Made by a program: the position numbers and the translations under genes
The notes under the pieces: generated by a model
Seen by the model: only the letters and a program-made list of their open reading frames with translations
Told to the model about the DNA's origin: nothing
Database searches by the model: none
From: Acidobacteriota bacterium
GTDB lineage: Bacteria; Acidobacteriota; Vicinamibacteria; Vicinamibacterales; CAVVIG01
Assembly: GCA_028876655.1 (NCBI GenBank)
Contig: JAGWRA010000176.1
Coordinates: forward strand, 7,850-71,849
Direction: 5' to 3'
DNA: 64,000 nt
In this document: piece after piece, positions 1 through 8,829 of the stretch
Numbering within the stretch: position 1 is the stretch's first letter
Layout of the letters: every line of letters starts with the position of its first letter

Positions 1-229
1 CCGCCACGTGCGGCGTGCCGAGATGCGCGTCGAGGTGCGCGCCGCTCTCCCACTCTTCGTCGAAGACGAACTCGGCGGGATCGGCCGGGCTCTGCAGCAG
101 GTCGTAGCGGATGCACCCGGCCTCGCGCCGCGTCGGATCCAGGAGTCCCATCAGGACCCGCCGGACCGCCTCGACCTGCCCCGGCCCGGCTTCGAACCTC
201 GCCACGACGTAGATCCGTTCCGCAGTCAT
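1..229 (-). CDS. ABM-domain (antibiotic biosynthesis monooxygenase fold) protein, 3' end outside window
   Basis: Absent from the ORF track because it runs off the window edge. Reverse-strand translation from the ATG at 229..227 gives MTAERIYVVARFEAGPGQVEAVRRVLMGLLDPTRREAGCIRYDLLQSPADPAEFVFDEEWESGAHLDAHLGTPHVA. This matches the typical ABM/YgiN-like pattern (..F.F.E.W.S..A...H..). It replaces the Arg/Pro-rich plus-strand ORF 8..313. Confidence 0.75.
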   Translation of the reverse strand, partial: MTAERIYVVARFEAGPGQVEAVRRVLMGLLDPTRREAGCIRYDLLQSPADPAEFVFDEEWESGAHLDAHLGTPHVA

Positions 230-309
230 CACCCGCTCCCCTGCAATCGCCCGCGCCCCGTCCATCGCGGCGCGAGCGGCTACAATACCAGAATCCCGAC
301 GGTCTCCTC

Positions 310-783
310 ATGACACCCGACCCGCTGCCGATCGTGCTCGCCGGTCCGGCGGACGCCACGGGGGTACAGGCCTGCGTCGACGCCGCCTACACCGTCTGGA
401 TCCCGCGGATCGGCCGCAAGCCTTCCCCCATGCTCGCCGACTATCCGGCGCTCATCGGGCTCGAGGCCGTCCACATCGTGCGCGACGGCGACGACGTGAC
501 CGCCGTGCTGGTGCTGCGCCCCGCAGACGACCACCTGTTGATCGAGAACGTCGCCGTGCGGCCCGCATATCAGCGACGGGGTCTTGGCAGCCGCCTGCTG
601 GCGTTCGCCGACGAGCGGGCGCGGGCGCTGGGTCTGCCCGAGTTGCGTCTCTACACGCACGTGCTGATGGTGGACAATCAGCGGCTCTATCGGGCGCGCG
701 GGTTCGTGGAAACCGGCCGCCGCACGGAGAACGGATTTGCCCGGGTCTATATGACGAAGGAGATCACGGGGGATCGGGGTTAG
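310..783 (+). CDS. GNAT family N-acetyltransferase
   Basis: 157 aa. Contains the acetyl-CoA binding motif region 'IENVAVRPAYQRRGLGSRLLAFADERARALG' (Q/RxxGxG/A motif A of GNATs). Size is typical for the family. Confidence 0.85.
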   Translation: MTPDPLPIVLAGPADATGVQACVDAAYTVWIPRIGRKPSPMLADYPALIGLEAVHIVRDGDDVTAVLVLRPADDHLLIENVAVRPAYQRRGLGSRLLAFADERARALGLPELRLYTHVLMVDNQRLYRARGFVETGRRTENGFARVYMTKEITGDRG

Positions 784-808
784 GGATTAGGGATTGGGGA
801 TTCGGGGG
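768..808 (+). repeat. Degenerate tandem GGGGATT/TTAGGG-like repeat; six G-tracts forming a G-quadruplex motif
   Basis: Sequence is GGGGGATCGGGGTTAGGGATTAGGGATTGGGGATTCGGGGG. The six G3-5 runs are separated by 3-4 nt A/T-rich loops. It spans the GNAT stop codon (781..783) and ends 10 nt before the ATG at 819. Confidence 0.6.
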
Positions 809-818
809 TGGCGGCACG

Positions 819-1709
819 ATGACGCGACGTCTGGCGGGAGCGATCGTCTTCGCGGCACTGCTTGGCGCGGCCGGCGCCCATCCCGGCGCCGCACCACCGG
901 ATGGTGTCATCGAGCCGATGACCGGCATGACGCTCGTCGCGGTGCCGGCCGGTACCTTCACGATGGGAAGCCCGGAGGGTGAACGGGGGCGCAACGCCGA
1001 CGAAGCGCCGCACCGGGTCACCGTGTCCGCCTTCGACCTTGGGCGCACGGAAGTCACCCAGGCGGAGTGGACGGCGGTCATGGGCTGGAACCCGAGCCAC
1101 CACGCGGACTGCGCGTCCTGCCCGGTCGAACGGATCAACTTCTTCGAGATCCAGCAGTTCCTCGATCGGCTGAACGCCGTCTCGCATGGCGTCCAGTATC
1201 GCCTTCCCACGGAGGCCGAGTGGGAGTACGCCTGCCGCGCCGGCACGACCACTCCGTTCTCGACGGGCCGCACGCTGACGACTGATCAGGCGAACTTCAA
1301 CGGTGATTTCCCCTACGGCGGCGGCGCGCGGGGACTGAAGCGCGGTGAGACTGTGCCGGTCGCGAGCTTCGCCCCGAACGCGTGGGGCCTCTACGACATG
1401 CACGGCAACGTCTGGGAATGGACGAGCGACTGGTACGGTCCCTACCCTGCCGGACCGACGACGGATCCGACGGGACCAGCGACGGGGACGCTGCGTGCGA
1501 TCCGTGGCGGCAGCTGGGCGTTCGACGCCAACAGCGCGCGCTGCGCGCTCCGCTACACGCACGCGCCGATGCTGCGGGGCTACAGCCTCGGGTTCAGGGT
1601 GGCGGCGACGGTCAGCAGACGACCGGGCGAGCCCGGGGCCCTCGCGGACCCGGGCTCGCCCGGCGCGACGCTTTCTAGAAGTGGAACCCGACCTCGGCGT
1701 AGGCGGTGA
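819..1709 (+). CDS. Formylglycine-generating enzyme (FGE/SUMF1) family protein, secreted
   Basis: 296 aa with an N-terminal signal-like segment MTRRLAGAIVFAALLGAAGA. FGE-sulfatase domain hallmarks are present: 'RVTVSAFDLGRTEVTQAEW', 'WEYACRAGTTTPF', 'NAWGLYDMHGNVWEWTSDWY', 'RGGSWAFDANSARCALR'. The low-complexity C-terminal tail overlaps the convergent gene by 35 nt, so the true stop or tail is uncertain. Confidence 0.85.
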   Translation: MTRRLAGAIVFAALLGAAGAHPGAAPPDGVIEPMTGMTLVAVPAGTFTMGSPEGERGRNADEAPHRVTVSAFDLGRTEVTQAEWTAVMGWNPSHHADCASCPVERINFFEIQQFLDRLNAVSHGVQYRLPTEAEWEYACRAGTTTPFSTGRTLTTDQANFNGDFPYGGGARGLKRGETVPVASFAPNAWGLYDMHGNVWEWTSDWYGPYPAGPTTDPTGPATGTLRAIRGGSWAFDANSARCALRYTHAPMLRGYSLGFRVAATVSRRPGEPGALADPGSPGATLSRSGTRPRRRR

Positions 1710-4233
1710 ACGGCGCACCCGGGTAGGCCAGGATGTAGCCGCCGTTCGCGGTGCCGAAGTAGCCGCCCGACGAGATGTACTCGTACTGGTTGTACTGCTT
1801 GTTCAGCACGTTGAGCATCGCGACGCTGAAGTCGACGTAGCGGAACGGCACCTTCACACCGAGGTTCACGGTGCCGAACGCCGACATCGTCTGCGGGCTC
1901 GGCGCGCCGGTCGTGTTGTCGAAGAGGTGCTGCGCCCCGGTGAACTGGAACGAGGCCGTCGGTTCGATCTCGACGCTGTCGCTCGCCTTCACGTCGAAGT
2001 AGGCGCCGACGTTGAACATCGAGCTCGGCACGTAGGGCACCGGCGATCCGTTGTAGCTGACGCCGCCGGTCACGTAGTTCGAGTAGTTCGCCTTCTCGAC
2101 GCTGAGGTTCGCATAGAGGTGGACGGCACTGGCCGGTGAGTCGTCCAGATACATGTTCACGCCGTCATAGGCCGACGAGCCGTTGGCCTGGATGGTGCCG
2201 CCGGTCGCCAGGTCGATGTCGATCTCCTGGTCGTCGTAGTTCTCGTGGTAGTAGGCGGCGCCGAACAGCAGCGTCGAGAGCGGCCCCTGCCCGTTCGGGT
2301 GCACCTTGAAGCCGGCCTGGTAGTAGTGCTGCTTCGCGAAGTGGAACGTCCGCGGATCCACCTTCTGGAACGGGCCGCCGCCGCCGCCGACCTGCGGCGT
2401 CTTCAGCGCGCCCGAGTAGCCGCCGTAGAGGGTCAGCCACGGCGCCGCCTCGGCCGTCATGTTGACCGACGGCTCGACGCCGCCGGGGCTCTCGGAGTCG
2501 GTGCAGACGGCCCCCTGGTCGGTCGTGTTCCCCGACGTCTTCACCAGCGTGATCGGGCAGTGCGTGGAGAGGACGACGCCGGGCGCGAAGGTGAAGTCCT
2601 GCAGGGCGCCGTTGTCGTAGCTGGTCGAGTAGCGGACGACGCGGACGCCCGGCGTGATGTCGATCCGCGGCGACAGCTCGATCTGATCCTGCGCGTAGAG
2701 CGCGACGTCGTTGATGTGGAAGTAGCCCGACCGGATCTTCCCGCCGATGTTCACCACGTTGGTCGCCCCGCCGTACGCCGCATTGTAGAAGTTGTTCCGG
2801 CTGTTGTAGAGCGCGTGGATGTACGAGAGGCCTTCCCTCAGCGTGTTGTGCGGCAGGTCCTCGGTGAGCTCCGCCTTGTCCCCGACGGTGTTGGTGTGCG
2901 GATTGTTGTACTCGTTCTGCTGCGGGCCGGTGCTGTACACGTCGTTCAGCCGGTTGTGCAGCCGGCGGATGTGCATGTACCACGTCGTGTTCTCGAACAT
3001 CGTCCGGCTGTTGAGGACGAACCGCTCGCGCCCGTAGCCCAGCCCCATCACGTTCGTGTCGTCCTTGTTGTAGCTCGCGTACGGCAGCGTGCTGTAGAAG
3101 CCGGACGTGGCCTGGCTGTACACCTGGCTGCCCGGCTGCGCGTCCACGGTAATCCCCTGGTTCGTCGTCGGGATCACCTGCGCCCGGTAGCCCTCGCTGT
3201 GGGCGAAGTAGCCGCCACCGCTGAAGCTGCCGAGGCCGCCGAGGCTCTTCAGCACCTTGCCGTAGAACGCATAGTCCCTGCTCGGGTTGCCGAAGTTGTC
3301 GCCGATCCCCTGCCGGAAGCTGTTGCCGCTGCCGCCCCCGCCGCCCGCGACGGCCGACCAGCCGTTGCGGTTGCCGCTGTCGAGGGTGAACGCGTAGTTC
3401 TTCTGCGCGAACCGGCCGTAGGTCACCGAGAAGTCGCCGCCCGGCTTCGCCGCCGGCTGGATCGGCGTGAACTCGACCGACCCGCCGATGTTGTTGTAGT
3501 TCCGGCTCGCCGCGTCACCGGGCCCGTAGGTGACGTTCGCGTTCTGGATGAGGCTCTTCTGCGGCAGCGTGTTCGATTGCCACAGGTCGGTCGCCGGGTC
3601 GGACACGGGGATGCCGTCGAAGGTCACGGCCAGCGATCCGCTGTCGGTCAGGCCGCCGTACCCGCCCCAGCCCTGATGGACGCCGTTGACGGCAATCGTC
3701 GTCTTCGTCGCACCGGTGTTGCCGTACCCGGTGACGTTGGCGCCCGGCGTCAGCGAGACGATCTGGCCCGCGCCGGCCACCGGTCCGAGCGCGGCGATCT
3801 GGGTGCTGTCGAGCACGCGCAGCGTCTGGTCCGACTTGAAGACCTGCTCCTGCGTCGGCACGTGCGTCGCCGCGGTCACGCGGGTCCCCCGCACCTCCAC
3901 CGACTGCTGCACCGAGCTCAGGGAGATCGTCAGCGTCAGCGGCAGGTTCTCCCCCGACCGGAGCCGGACGTCCTGCTGATGGAAGGCGGCGAACCCCGGC
4001 TTCGAGACGGTGACCACGTAGCTGCCGGGCGGCAGGTCCGGGACGCGGAAGGTGCCGTCCGCCGTCGTCGCCACCGCACGCGTGATCCGCGCGCTCGTGA
4101 CGGTGATCTGGGCGCCGGGCACCACGGCGCCGGTCGGATCGAGCACCTTGCCGCTGATGCTCGAGGCGTAGGCCGCCGAGACGAACAGCGTGCTGCTGAA
4201 CAGGAACACACACACCAACAGAAGCCTGCGCAT
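1675..4233 (-). CDS. TonB-dependent receptor with N-terminal carboxypeptidase-regulatory-like domain
   Basis: The ORF in the track is 1675..4389. I place the start at the internal Met (4233), which gives the signal peptide MRRLLLVCVFLFSSTLFVSAAYA. A CarboxypepD_reg-like segment follows ('ISGKVLDPTGAVVPGAQITVTS...TTADGTFRVPDLPPGSYVVTVSKPGFA'). The rest is a long Gly/Tyr/Asn-rich beta-barrel ending in '..YAEVGFHF' with a terminal aromatic residue. Confidence 0.85.
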   Translation of the reverse strand: MRRLLLVCVFLFSSTLFVSAAYASSISGKVLDPTGAVVPGAQITVTSARITRAVATTADGTFRVPDLPPGSYVVTVSKPGFAAFHQQDVRLRSGENLPLTLTISLSSVQQSVEVRGTRVTAATHVPTQEQVFKSDQTLRVLDSTQIAALGPVAGAGQIVSLTPGANVTGYGNTGATKTTIAVNGVHQGWGGYGGLTDSGSLAVTFDGIPVSDPATDLWQSNTLPQKSLIQNANVTYGPGDAASRNYNNIGGSVEFTPIQPAAKPGGDFSVTYGRFAQKNYAFTLDSGNRNGWSAVAGGGGGSGNSFRQGIGDNFGNPSRDYAFYGKVLKSLGGLGSFSGGGYFAHSEGYRAQVIPTTNQGITVDAQPGSQVYSQATSGFYSTLPYASYNKDDTNVMGLGYGRERFVLNSRTMFENTTWYMHIRRLHNRLNDVYSTGPQQNEYNNPHTNTVGDKAELTEDLPHNTLREGLSYIHALYNSRNNFYNAAYGGATNVVNIGGKIRSGYFHINDVALYAQDQIELSPRIDITPGVRVVRYSTSYDNGALQDFTFAPGVVLSTHCPITLVKTSGNTTDQGAVCTDSESPGGVEPSVNMTAEAAPWLTLYGGYSGALKTPQVGGGGGPFQKVDPRTFHFAKQHYYQAGFKVHPNGQGPLSTLLFGAAYYHENYDDQEIDIDLATGGTIQANGSSAYDGVNMYLDDSPASAVHLYANLSVEKANYSNYVTGGVSYNGSPVPYVPSSMFNVGAYFDVKASDSVEIEPTASFQFTGAQHLFDNTTGAPSPQTMSAFGTVNLGVKVPFRYVDFSVAMLNVLNKQYNQYEYISSGGYFGTANGGYILAYPGAPFTAYAEVGFHF

Positions 4234-4402
4234 GGCGGAGAACCTCCCCCTGTCGTACGAATCCGATGTTCTGAGGCAGCGGCGACGCCCAGGCGCCCTG
4301 CAGGTGGGGTGGCGCCCCCAACCTCGCCGCGCGAATGACGCGGAGGAGTATCGGGGCCCGCCATTACGCCCCGGTATCGCGCGAGGCAAATCGACGGAAA
4401 CC

Positions 4403-4437
4403 CATCAATAGATTCGATGGAGATCTATTTATTGATG
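4403..4437. promoter_or_regulatory. AT-rich imperfect palindrome upstream of the TonB-dependent receptor gene (candidate operator/promoter element)
   Basis: Sequence is CATCAATAGAT-tcgatggag-ATCTATTTATTGATG. The outer arms CATCAATA/TATTGATG are perfect reverse complements. This is the only AT-rich patch in the 4234..4469 intergenic region, about 170 nt upstream of the receptor start. Confidence 0.25.
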
Positions 4438-4469
4438 AGCTGCCGGAGCGGCGTGGGACGCGCGGGGGA

Positions 4470-6761
4470 TCAGTCGGCGACGCCGTCGACGCGGGCTTCG
4501 GTGAACGGGCCGTCGCCGGCCGCCGCCTCGACCACCGGGCGGGCGGGCAGTTCGACGATGAACGTCGATCCGCACCTTTCGCCCTCGCTCTGCGCGCGGA
4601 TGGTTCCGCCGTGGATCTCGACGAGGTGGCGGACGATGGCGAGGCCGAGGCCGACGCCGCTGTGCGATCGGGTGGTGGAGCTGTCGGCCTGCCGGAAGGG
4701 CTCGAAGATGTGCGGCAGGAAGTCGGGCGCCATGCCGATGCCGGTATCGGTGACCCGCACGATCACGGCTCCGTCGGTCCGCTCGAGCACCAGCATGACG
4801 GCGCCGCCCTGCGGCGTGAACTTGATGGCGTTGGACAGCAGGTTCCAGAAGATCTGCTGGAGGCGCTCGGCGTCGCCGAGCACCACGTCCGGCGAGGCGT
4901 CGAAGCGCCAGTCGAGCTTCACGCCCTTGGCGTCGGCGGCGGGGCGGACGGCGTCGAGGGCGGTCTGCAGCACCGGGCCGAGCTCCACGGGGCGCACGTC
5001 CAGCCGCAGCTTGCCGGCGGTGATGCGCGAGACGTCGAGCAGGTCCTCGATCAGGCGGACCTGCATCTGCGCGTTGCGCTCGATCACCTCGACGGCCCGC
5101 GCCTTCCGGCTCTCGTCGAGGTGGCCCATGTGCAGCATCTTGGCCCAGCCGAGGATCGCGTTGAGCGGCGTCCGCAGCTCGTGCGACACGGTGGCCAGGA
5201 AGGCGTCCTTCGCCCGGTTGGCGGCCTGGGCCTCGGCGTGCGCCTCCCGCTCGCGCTGCAGCAGTTCCTCGCGCTCGCGCTCCGCCCGCTTCCGTTCCGT
5301 CAGGTCCAGCAGGAAGCCGACGACGAGGTTCTGCCGCCCGCCGAGGAACGCGGTGCCGACCAGCGCGGGGACGACGCTCCCGTCCTTGCGGATGTAGCCG
5401 GCCTCGAACGGTTCGTGCCGCCCCACGCGCCGCGTGTCCTCGAGCGCCTGATCGATGACCGGGCGGTACTCGTCGGGCGTGAGCGCTCCCCAGTTCACCC
5501 GGCCGGCCTGCAGGTCGCCGCGCGTGTAGCCGACGATCGAGAGGAAGGCGTCGTTGGCCTCGATGATCCGGCCGCCGAGGTCGGCGATGATGATGCCGAT
5601 GATGTTGGCGTCGACCAGCCGCCGCAGGCGCGACTCGCTCTCGCGCAGCGCCTCCTCCGAGATCCGCAGTTCGGCGGCCGCCCGTTCGGCCTCCGACCGC
5701 GCCTGCGCCTCCAGGCGCGCCACGCCGAACAGCACGAGGCTGATGATCAACCCGCCGGCCAGGATGAGCGGCAGCTGGCTCGCCGAGGACTCCTCGTAGA
5801 AGTCGGGGCGCGTCGTGAACGCCAGGTCCCAGCTGCGGCCGGCCAGCACGAACGAGGCCGTCGTCGTGAACCGCGGGCCGAGCGCCGGCCCGGCGTGGGC
5901 CGGCGTCCCGCTGTCGTACAGCATGTGCGCCGCGTCGTGCGTCGTGCCGTCGAACACCTGCAGGCTGACGTGGTAGCGGGTGTGGGCGTCGAGGATCTCC
6001 TTCAGGACGTCGCCGGCGCGGAACGGGCTGTAGACGAACCCGATGAGCGAGGCGCGCCGTGCGGCCTCGGTCTCGGGCACCTGGCCGCCCTCGTAGACCG
6101 GCACGAAGATCAGGAACCCCGGCTGGCGGCGGCCGTCGACCTCCTCGACCAGCATCACGCGCCCCGACGCCGCCGGCATGCCGGTGTCGCGCGCCCGCTC
6201 CATCGCCGCGCGCCGCACCGGGTCGGTCCACATGTCGTAGCCGATCGCCGTCCGGTTCCGGCCGCTGAACGGATCGAGATAGATGACCGGGTAGTACTCG
6301 GGGCGATCGCCGGCCGGGTCGATGTGGAACGCCGACGCCCCCTGGATGCGCATCGACTTCACCAGCTCGGGGACGTCGTCCTTCGCGGTGCGCGCGATGT
6401 AGCCGATCCCCTGGATGCCGGGATAGCGCTGCGGCAGGTCGAGCCGGGAGACGAACGCCTGGAAGCCGAGCCGGCTCACCGTGCCGCTCTCGGCGAACAG
6501 GCCCGTGCCGGCGCGCAGCAGCGCCGTGTAGGTTTCGATGCGGCCCTGGATGCTGTCGCGGACGTCCTGGACGGCGTTCTGGAAGCGGATGCGATCGCGC
6601 TGGCGCGCCGCCATGGCGACGTAGCCGGCGGCGGCCACGCTGAGGACAACCGACAGCACCAGCACGAAGTACGGCACCCACGGCCGGAAGGGGCGATCGG
6701 AACGGCCGGTGCTGGCAGCCACCTCTGTTACCCTACCACGGTTGCCGGCATCTGCTATCAT
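4470..6761 (-). CDS. Sensor histidine kinase (CHASE - TM - PAS - HisKA - HATPase_c)
   Basis: 763 aa. N-terminal TM segment 'PYFVLVLSVVLSVAAAGYVAMAA'. CHASE-like periplasmic region ('YYPVIYLDPFSGRNRTAIGYDMWTDPVRRAAMERARDTG'). Second TM 'LPLILAGGLIISLVLFGVA', then a PAS-like segment. H-box 'FLATVSHELRTPLNAILGW'. ATPase N/G boxes 'WNLLSNAIKFT', 'VTDTGIGM', 'GVGLGLAIV'. No receiver domain and no adjacent response regulator. Confidence 0.85.
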   Translation of the reverse strand: MIADAGNRGRVTEVAASTGRSDRPFRPWVPYFVLVLSVVLSVAAAGYVAMAARQRDRIRFQNAVQDVRDSIQGRIETYTALLRAGTGLFAESGTVSRLGFQAFVSRLDLPQRYPGIQGIGYIARTAKDDVPELVKSMRIQGASAFHIDPAGDRPEYYPVIYLDPFSGRNRTAIGYDMWTDPVRRAAMERARDTGMPAASGRVMLVEEVDGRRQPGFLIFVPVYEGGQVPETEAARRASLIGFVYSPFRAGDVLKEILDAHTRYHVSLQVFDGTTHDAAHMLYDSGTPAHAGPALGPRFTTTASFVLAGRSWDLAFTTRPDFYEESSASQLPLILAGGLIISLVLFGVARLEAQARSEAERAAAELRISEEALRESESRLRRLVDANIIGIIIADLGGRIIEANDAFLSIVGYTRGDLQAGRVNWGALTPDEYRPVIDQALEDTRRVGRHEPFEAGYIRKDGSVVPALVGTAFLGGRQNLVVGFLLDLTERKRAEREREELLQREREAHAEAQAANRAKDAFLATVSHELRTPLNAILGWAKMLHMGHLDESRKARAVEVIERNAQMQVRLIEDLLDVSRITAGKLRLDVRPVELGPVLQTALDAVRPAADAKGVKLDWRFDASPDVVLGDAERLQQIFWNLLSNAIKFTPQGGAVMLVLERTDGAVIVRVTDTGIGMAPDFLPHIFEPFRQADSSTTRSHSGVGLGLAIVRHLVEIHGGTIRAQSEGERCGSTFIVELPARPVVEAAAGDGPFTEARVDGVAD

Positions 6762-6841
6762 GCCCCGGCACCGCGCCCGGCGGCGCAGCGCGTGGGCCCG
6801 CCGCCGCTTCCGTCAATCCGGCATCCGCAGGAGACGCCTCG

Positions 6842-7024
6842 ATGGACAAGCTCTGCTGGCTGTTGATCGGACTGGCCGCGCTCGCGTACGTGATCGGAGC
6901 CGTGCTCGCATTCACGCACGGTGCATTCGTGCTCGCGCCCGTCGGGTTCTGGCGCGGGGCCATCGGCCTGCTGGTGTTCGCGATCGCCCTCCGGGTCATG
7001 GGCGGCGCGGTCACGGTGAAGTGA
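6842..7024 (+). CDS. Small hypothetical membrane protein (60 aa, two predicted TM helices)
   Basis: Hydrophobic sequence MDKLCWLLIGLAALAYVIGAVLAF...GLLVFAIALRVMGG, preceded by a GGAGA Shine-Dalgarno-like motif. No family recognised. Confidence 0.4.
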   Translation: MDKLCWLLIGLAALAYVIGAVLAFTHGAFVLAPVGFWRGAIGLLVFAIALRVMGGAVTVK

Positions 7025-7058
7025 CGACCGGGGCCCGCCCGGCCCCCCCTGTGGAGAG

Positions 7059-7826
7059 GTGATCATGACGACGCGCTACGTGCGCTACGAGCAGAACGGC
7101 CGGGCCGCCTTCGGCCGCCTCGAGGGCGATCGCATCGCCGGGCTGTCGGCGGCTCCGTGGGACGGCGGCCGTCCGACGGGCGCCGACGTGCCCGCCGCCG
7201 ACGTCCGGCTGCTGGCGCCCTGCACGCCGTCGAAGGTGATCGCCGTCGGCCTGAACTACAAGAGCCACCTGCAGGGGCGTCCCGAGGCGGGCTATCCCGG
7301 CATCTTCCTCAAGTTGCCGACGTCGATCGTCGGCCCGGATGCGGACGTCGTCCTGCCGCCGGGCGCCGGCAACGTGCACTACGAAGGCGAGATGGTGGTC
7401 GTGATCGGCCGCCGGGCGTCGCGCGTGTCCCGGGCGGAGGCGGCCGGCTGCATCTTCGGCGTCACCTGCGGCAACGACATCAGCGAGCGCGACTGGCAGA
7501 AGAAGGACCTGCAGTGGTTCCGCGCCAAGGCCTCGGACACCTTCGGGCCGCTCGGCCCTGCGGTCGTGCAGGGGCTGGACTACACCGATCTCCAGCTGCA
7601 GACACGCGTGAACGGCGAGGTCCGCCAGAGCGCGCGCACGAAGGACCTCATCTTCCCGATCGACGAGATCGTGAGCTTCGTGACGACGTTCGTCACGCTG
7701 GAACCCGGCGACATCATCTATACGGGCACGCCGGGGACGACGCAGGCCATGCAGCCGGGCGACGTGGTGGAAGTCGAACTGGAAGGGGTCGGCGTGCTGC
7801 GGAACCGGATCGCGGCCGGCGCGTGA
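7059..7826 (+). CDS. Fumarylacetoacetate hydrolase (FAH) family protein
   Basis: 255 aa, with a GGAGAGG ribosome-binding site upstream. FAH-family motifs present: 'KVIAVGLNYKSH', 'HYEGEMVVVIGR', 'GVTCGNDISERDWQ', 'FRAKASDTFGPLGP', 'LEPGDIIYTGTPGT'. Confidence 0.9.
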   Translation: MIMTTRYVRYEQNGRAAFGRLEGDRIAGLSAAPWDGGRPTGADVPAADVRLLAPCTPSKVIAVGLNYKSHLQGRPEAGYPGIFLKLPTSIVGPDADVVLPPGAGNVHYEGEMVVVIGRRASRVSRAEAAGCIFGVTCGNDISERDWQKKDLQWFRAKASDTFGPLGPAVVQGLDYTDLQLQTRVNGEVRQSARTKDLIFPIDEIVSFVTTFVTLEPGDIIYTGTPGTTQAMQPGDVVEVELEGVGVLRNRIAAGA

Positions 7827-7862
7827 CACCGGACGGCCCCTCGCGGAGGGGCCACGGCGGCT

Positions 7863-8084
7863 TCAGCCGCGAGCCGCGCGGTTCTTCGGACCGGTGATCA
7901 GCAGGACGATGAAGCAGAACAGCGTGGTGGCGACGAGCGCGGGGATGGGACTGAGCAGCGGCGACAGGAACAGCGCCATCAGCAGCGAGCCGAAGAAGAA
8001 TCCGAGGAACCCGATCCGGCGATGCCGCCCGGCATAGCCGATCAGCAGGCTCAGCAGGATCCACAGGACAATCAGCAAGCTCAT
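7863..8084 (-). CDS. Small hypothetical membrane protein (73 aa)
   Basis: Strongly hydrophobic (MSLLIVLWILLSLLIGYAG...FFFGSLLMALFL...FCFIVLLITG). A GAGGG SD-like motif lies 4 nt upstream of the ATG on the minus strand. No family recognised. Confidence 0.4.
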   Translation of the reverse strand: MSLLIVLWILLSLLIGYAGRHRRIGFLGFFFGSLLMALFLSPLLSPIPALVATTLFCFIVLLITGPKNRAARG

Positions 8085-8177
8085 CGGCCCTCGCCGGGTG
8101 GCAGGTCTTCCGGCGGGACGCCGGGTGGCGTCCCGCCGGCCAGGATTCAGCTGATGAACGGCAGGAGAGAGGGCCGC

Positions 8178-8621
8178 CTAGGCGACCGCCTTGCCCTTCT
8201 CGTACTCTTCCGCGAAGTGCTTCCGGACCTTGTCCGGGTCGAAGTCGAGGAACGTGCCGCCCGACTCGAAGTGCTGGATGAAGACCTTGCCGATGGCGTA
8301 GGTGGCGGCGCTGGCGAAGATGGTCGTCGTGAACATGCCGACCACCGGGCCGATCACCGGGACGCCCTTCATCAGGCTGCCCAGTTCACCGAAGCCCAGC
8401 TTGGTCGACACGATGCCGCCGAGCAGCGCCGTCACGATCGACTTGCCGCGGTCGTGCGAGAAGGGCAGCTCGTAGTGCTTCGCCAGGTCGGCGAGCATCT
8501 TCAGCTGAACGCCCGTGATGGCCGCGATGTCGAAGATCGGAATGGGAACCAGCCCGGCTGCACCGGAGTACAGCACGAACTTGTTCATGATGCGGTTGGC
8601 GCCGAGTTCCTTTTCGGTCAT
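8178..8621 (-). CDS. DUF697 domain-containing membrane protein (YcjF-like)
   Basis: The track ORF 8178..9110 is over-extended. The internal Met at 8621 is preceded by GGAGGAGAC (minus strand) and gives a 147-aa protein. 'GLVPIPIFDIAAITGVQLKMLADLAKHYELPFS...ALLGGI' is the characteristic DUF697 core. Confidence 0.7.
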   Translation of the reverse strand: MTEKELGANRIMNKFVLYSGAAGLVPIPIFDIAAITGVQLKMLADLAKHYELPFSHDRGKSIVTALLGGIVSTKLGFGELGSLMKGVPVIGPVVGMFTTTIFASAATYAIGKVFIQHFESGGTFLDFDPDKVRKHFAEEYEKGKAVA

Positions 8622-8829
8622 GTCTCCTCCTGCGTGCGATGGCTCCTGGGAACCGTCAGCAGTAGGCGAGTATACATGACGGTCCGGGGCCAGGCAAATG
8701 GCCGGCAGGCCCGTTGCACAGCTCTTACGCCCGCGAAATGCCCCGGCGGCGGCACCGCGACGGGCCGTGCCATAATGCGGATCAGGCCCGCAGAAGTCCC
8801 GCCAGACGCGGCCGTATCCGGAGCACGTC

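Noticed and set aside
8-313. Plus-strand 101-aa ORF at the left edge.
   Set aside because: It has Arg/Pro-rich composition with no motif. The reverse strand of the same region encodes a clean ABM-domain N-terminus starting at 229, which I report instead.
780-808. TTAGGG repeats read as a telomere or linear-replicon end.
   Set aside because: There are only two exact TTAGGG units. They are embedded between two intact co-oriented genes in the middle of normal coding sequence, with no terminal position or long array.
1675-1709. 35-nt convergent 3' overlap of the FGE-family ORF and the TonB-dependent receptor ORF, read as a regulatory antisense arrangement.
   Set aside because: The FGE domain ends well before this point ('GFRVAATV'). 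The overlapping tail is low-complexity, so it is more likely a trivial read-through tail of the ORF call than a functional overlap.
4470-6761. The histidine kinase as a cluster-specific regulator of the BGC or of the receptor gene.
   Set aside because: No response regulator is adjacent, and about 2 kb of unrelated genes separate it from the cluster edge. Nothing in the sequence links them.
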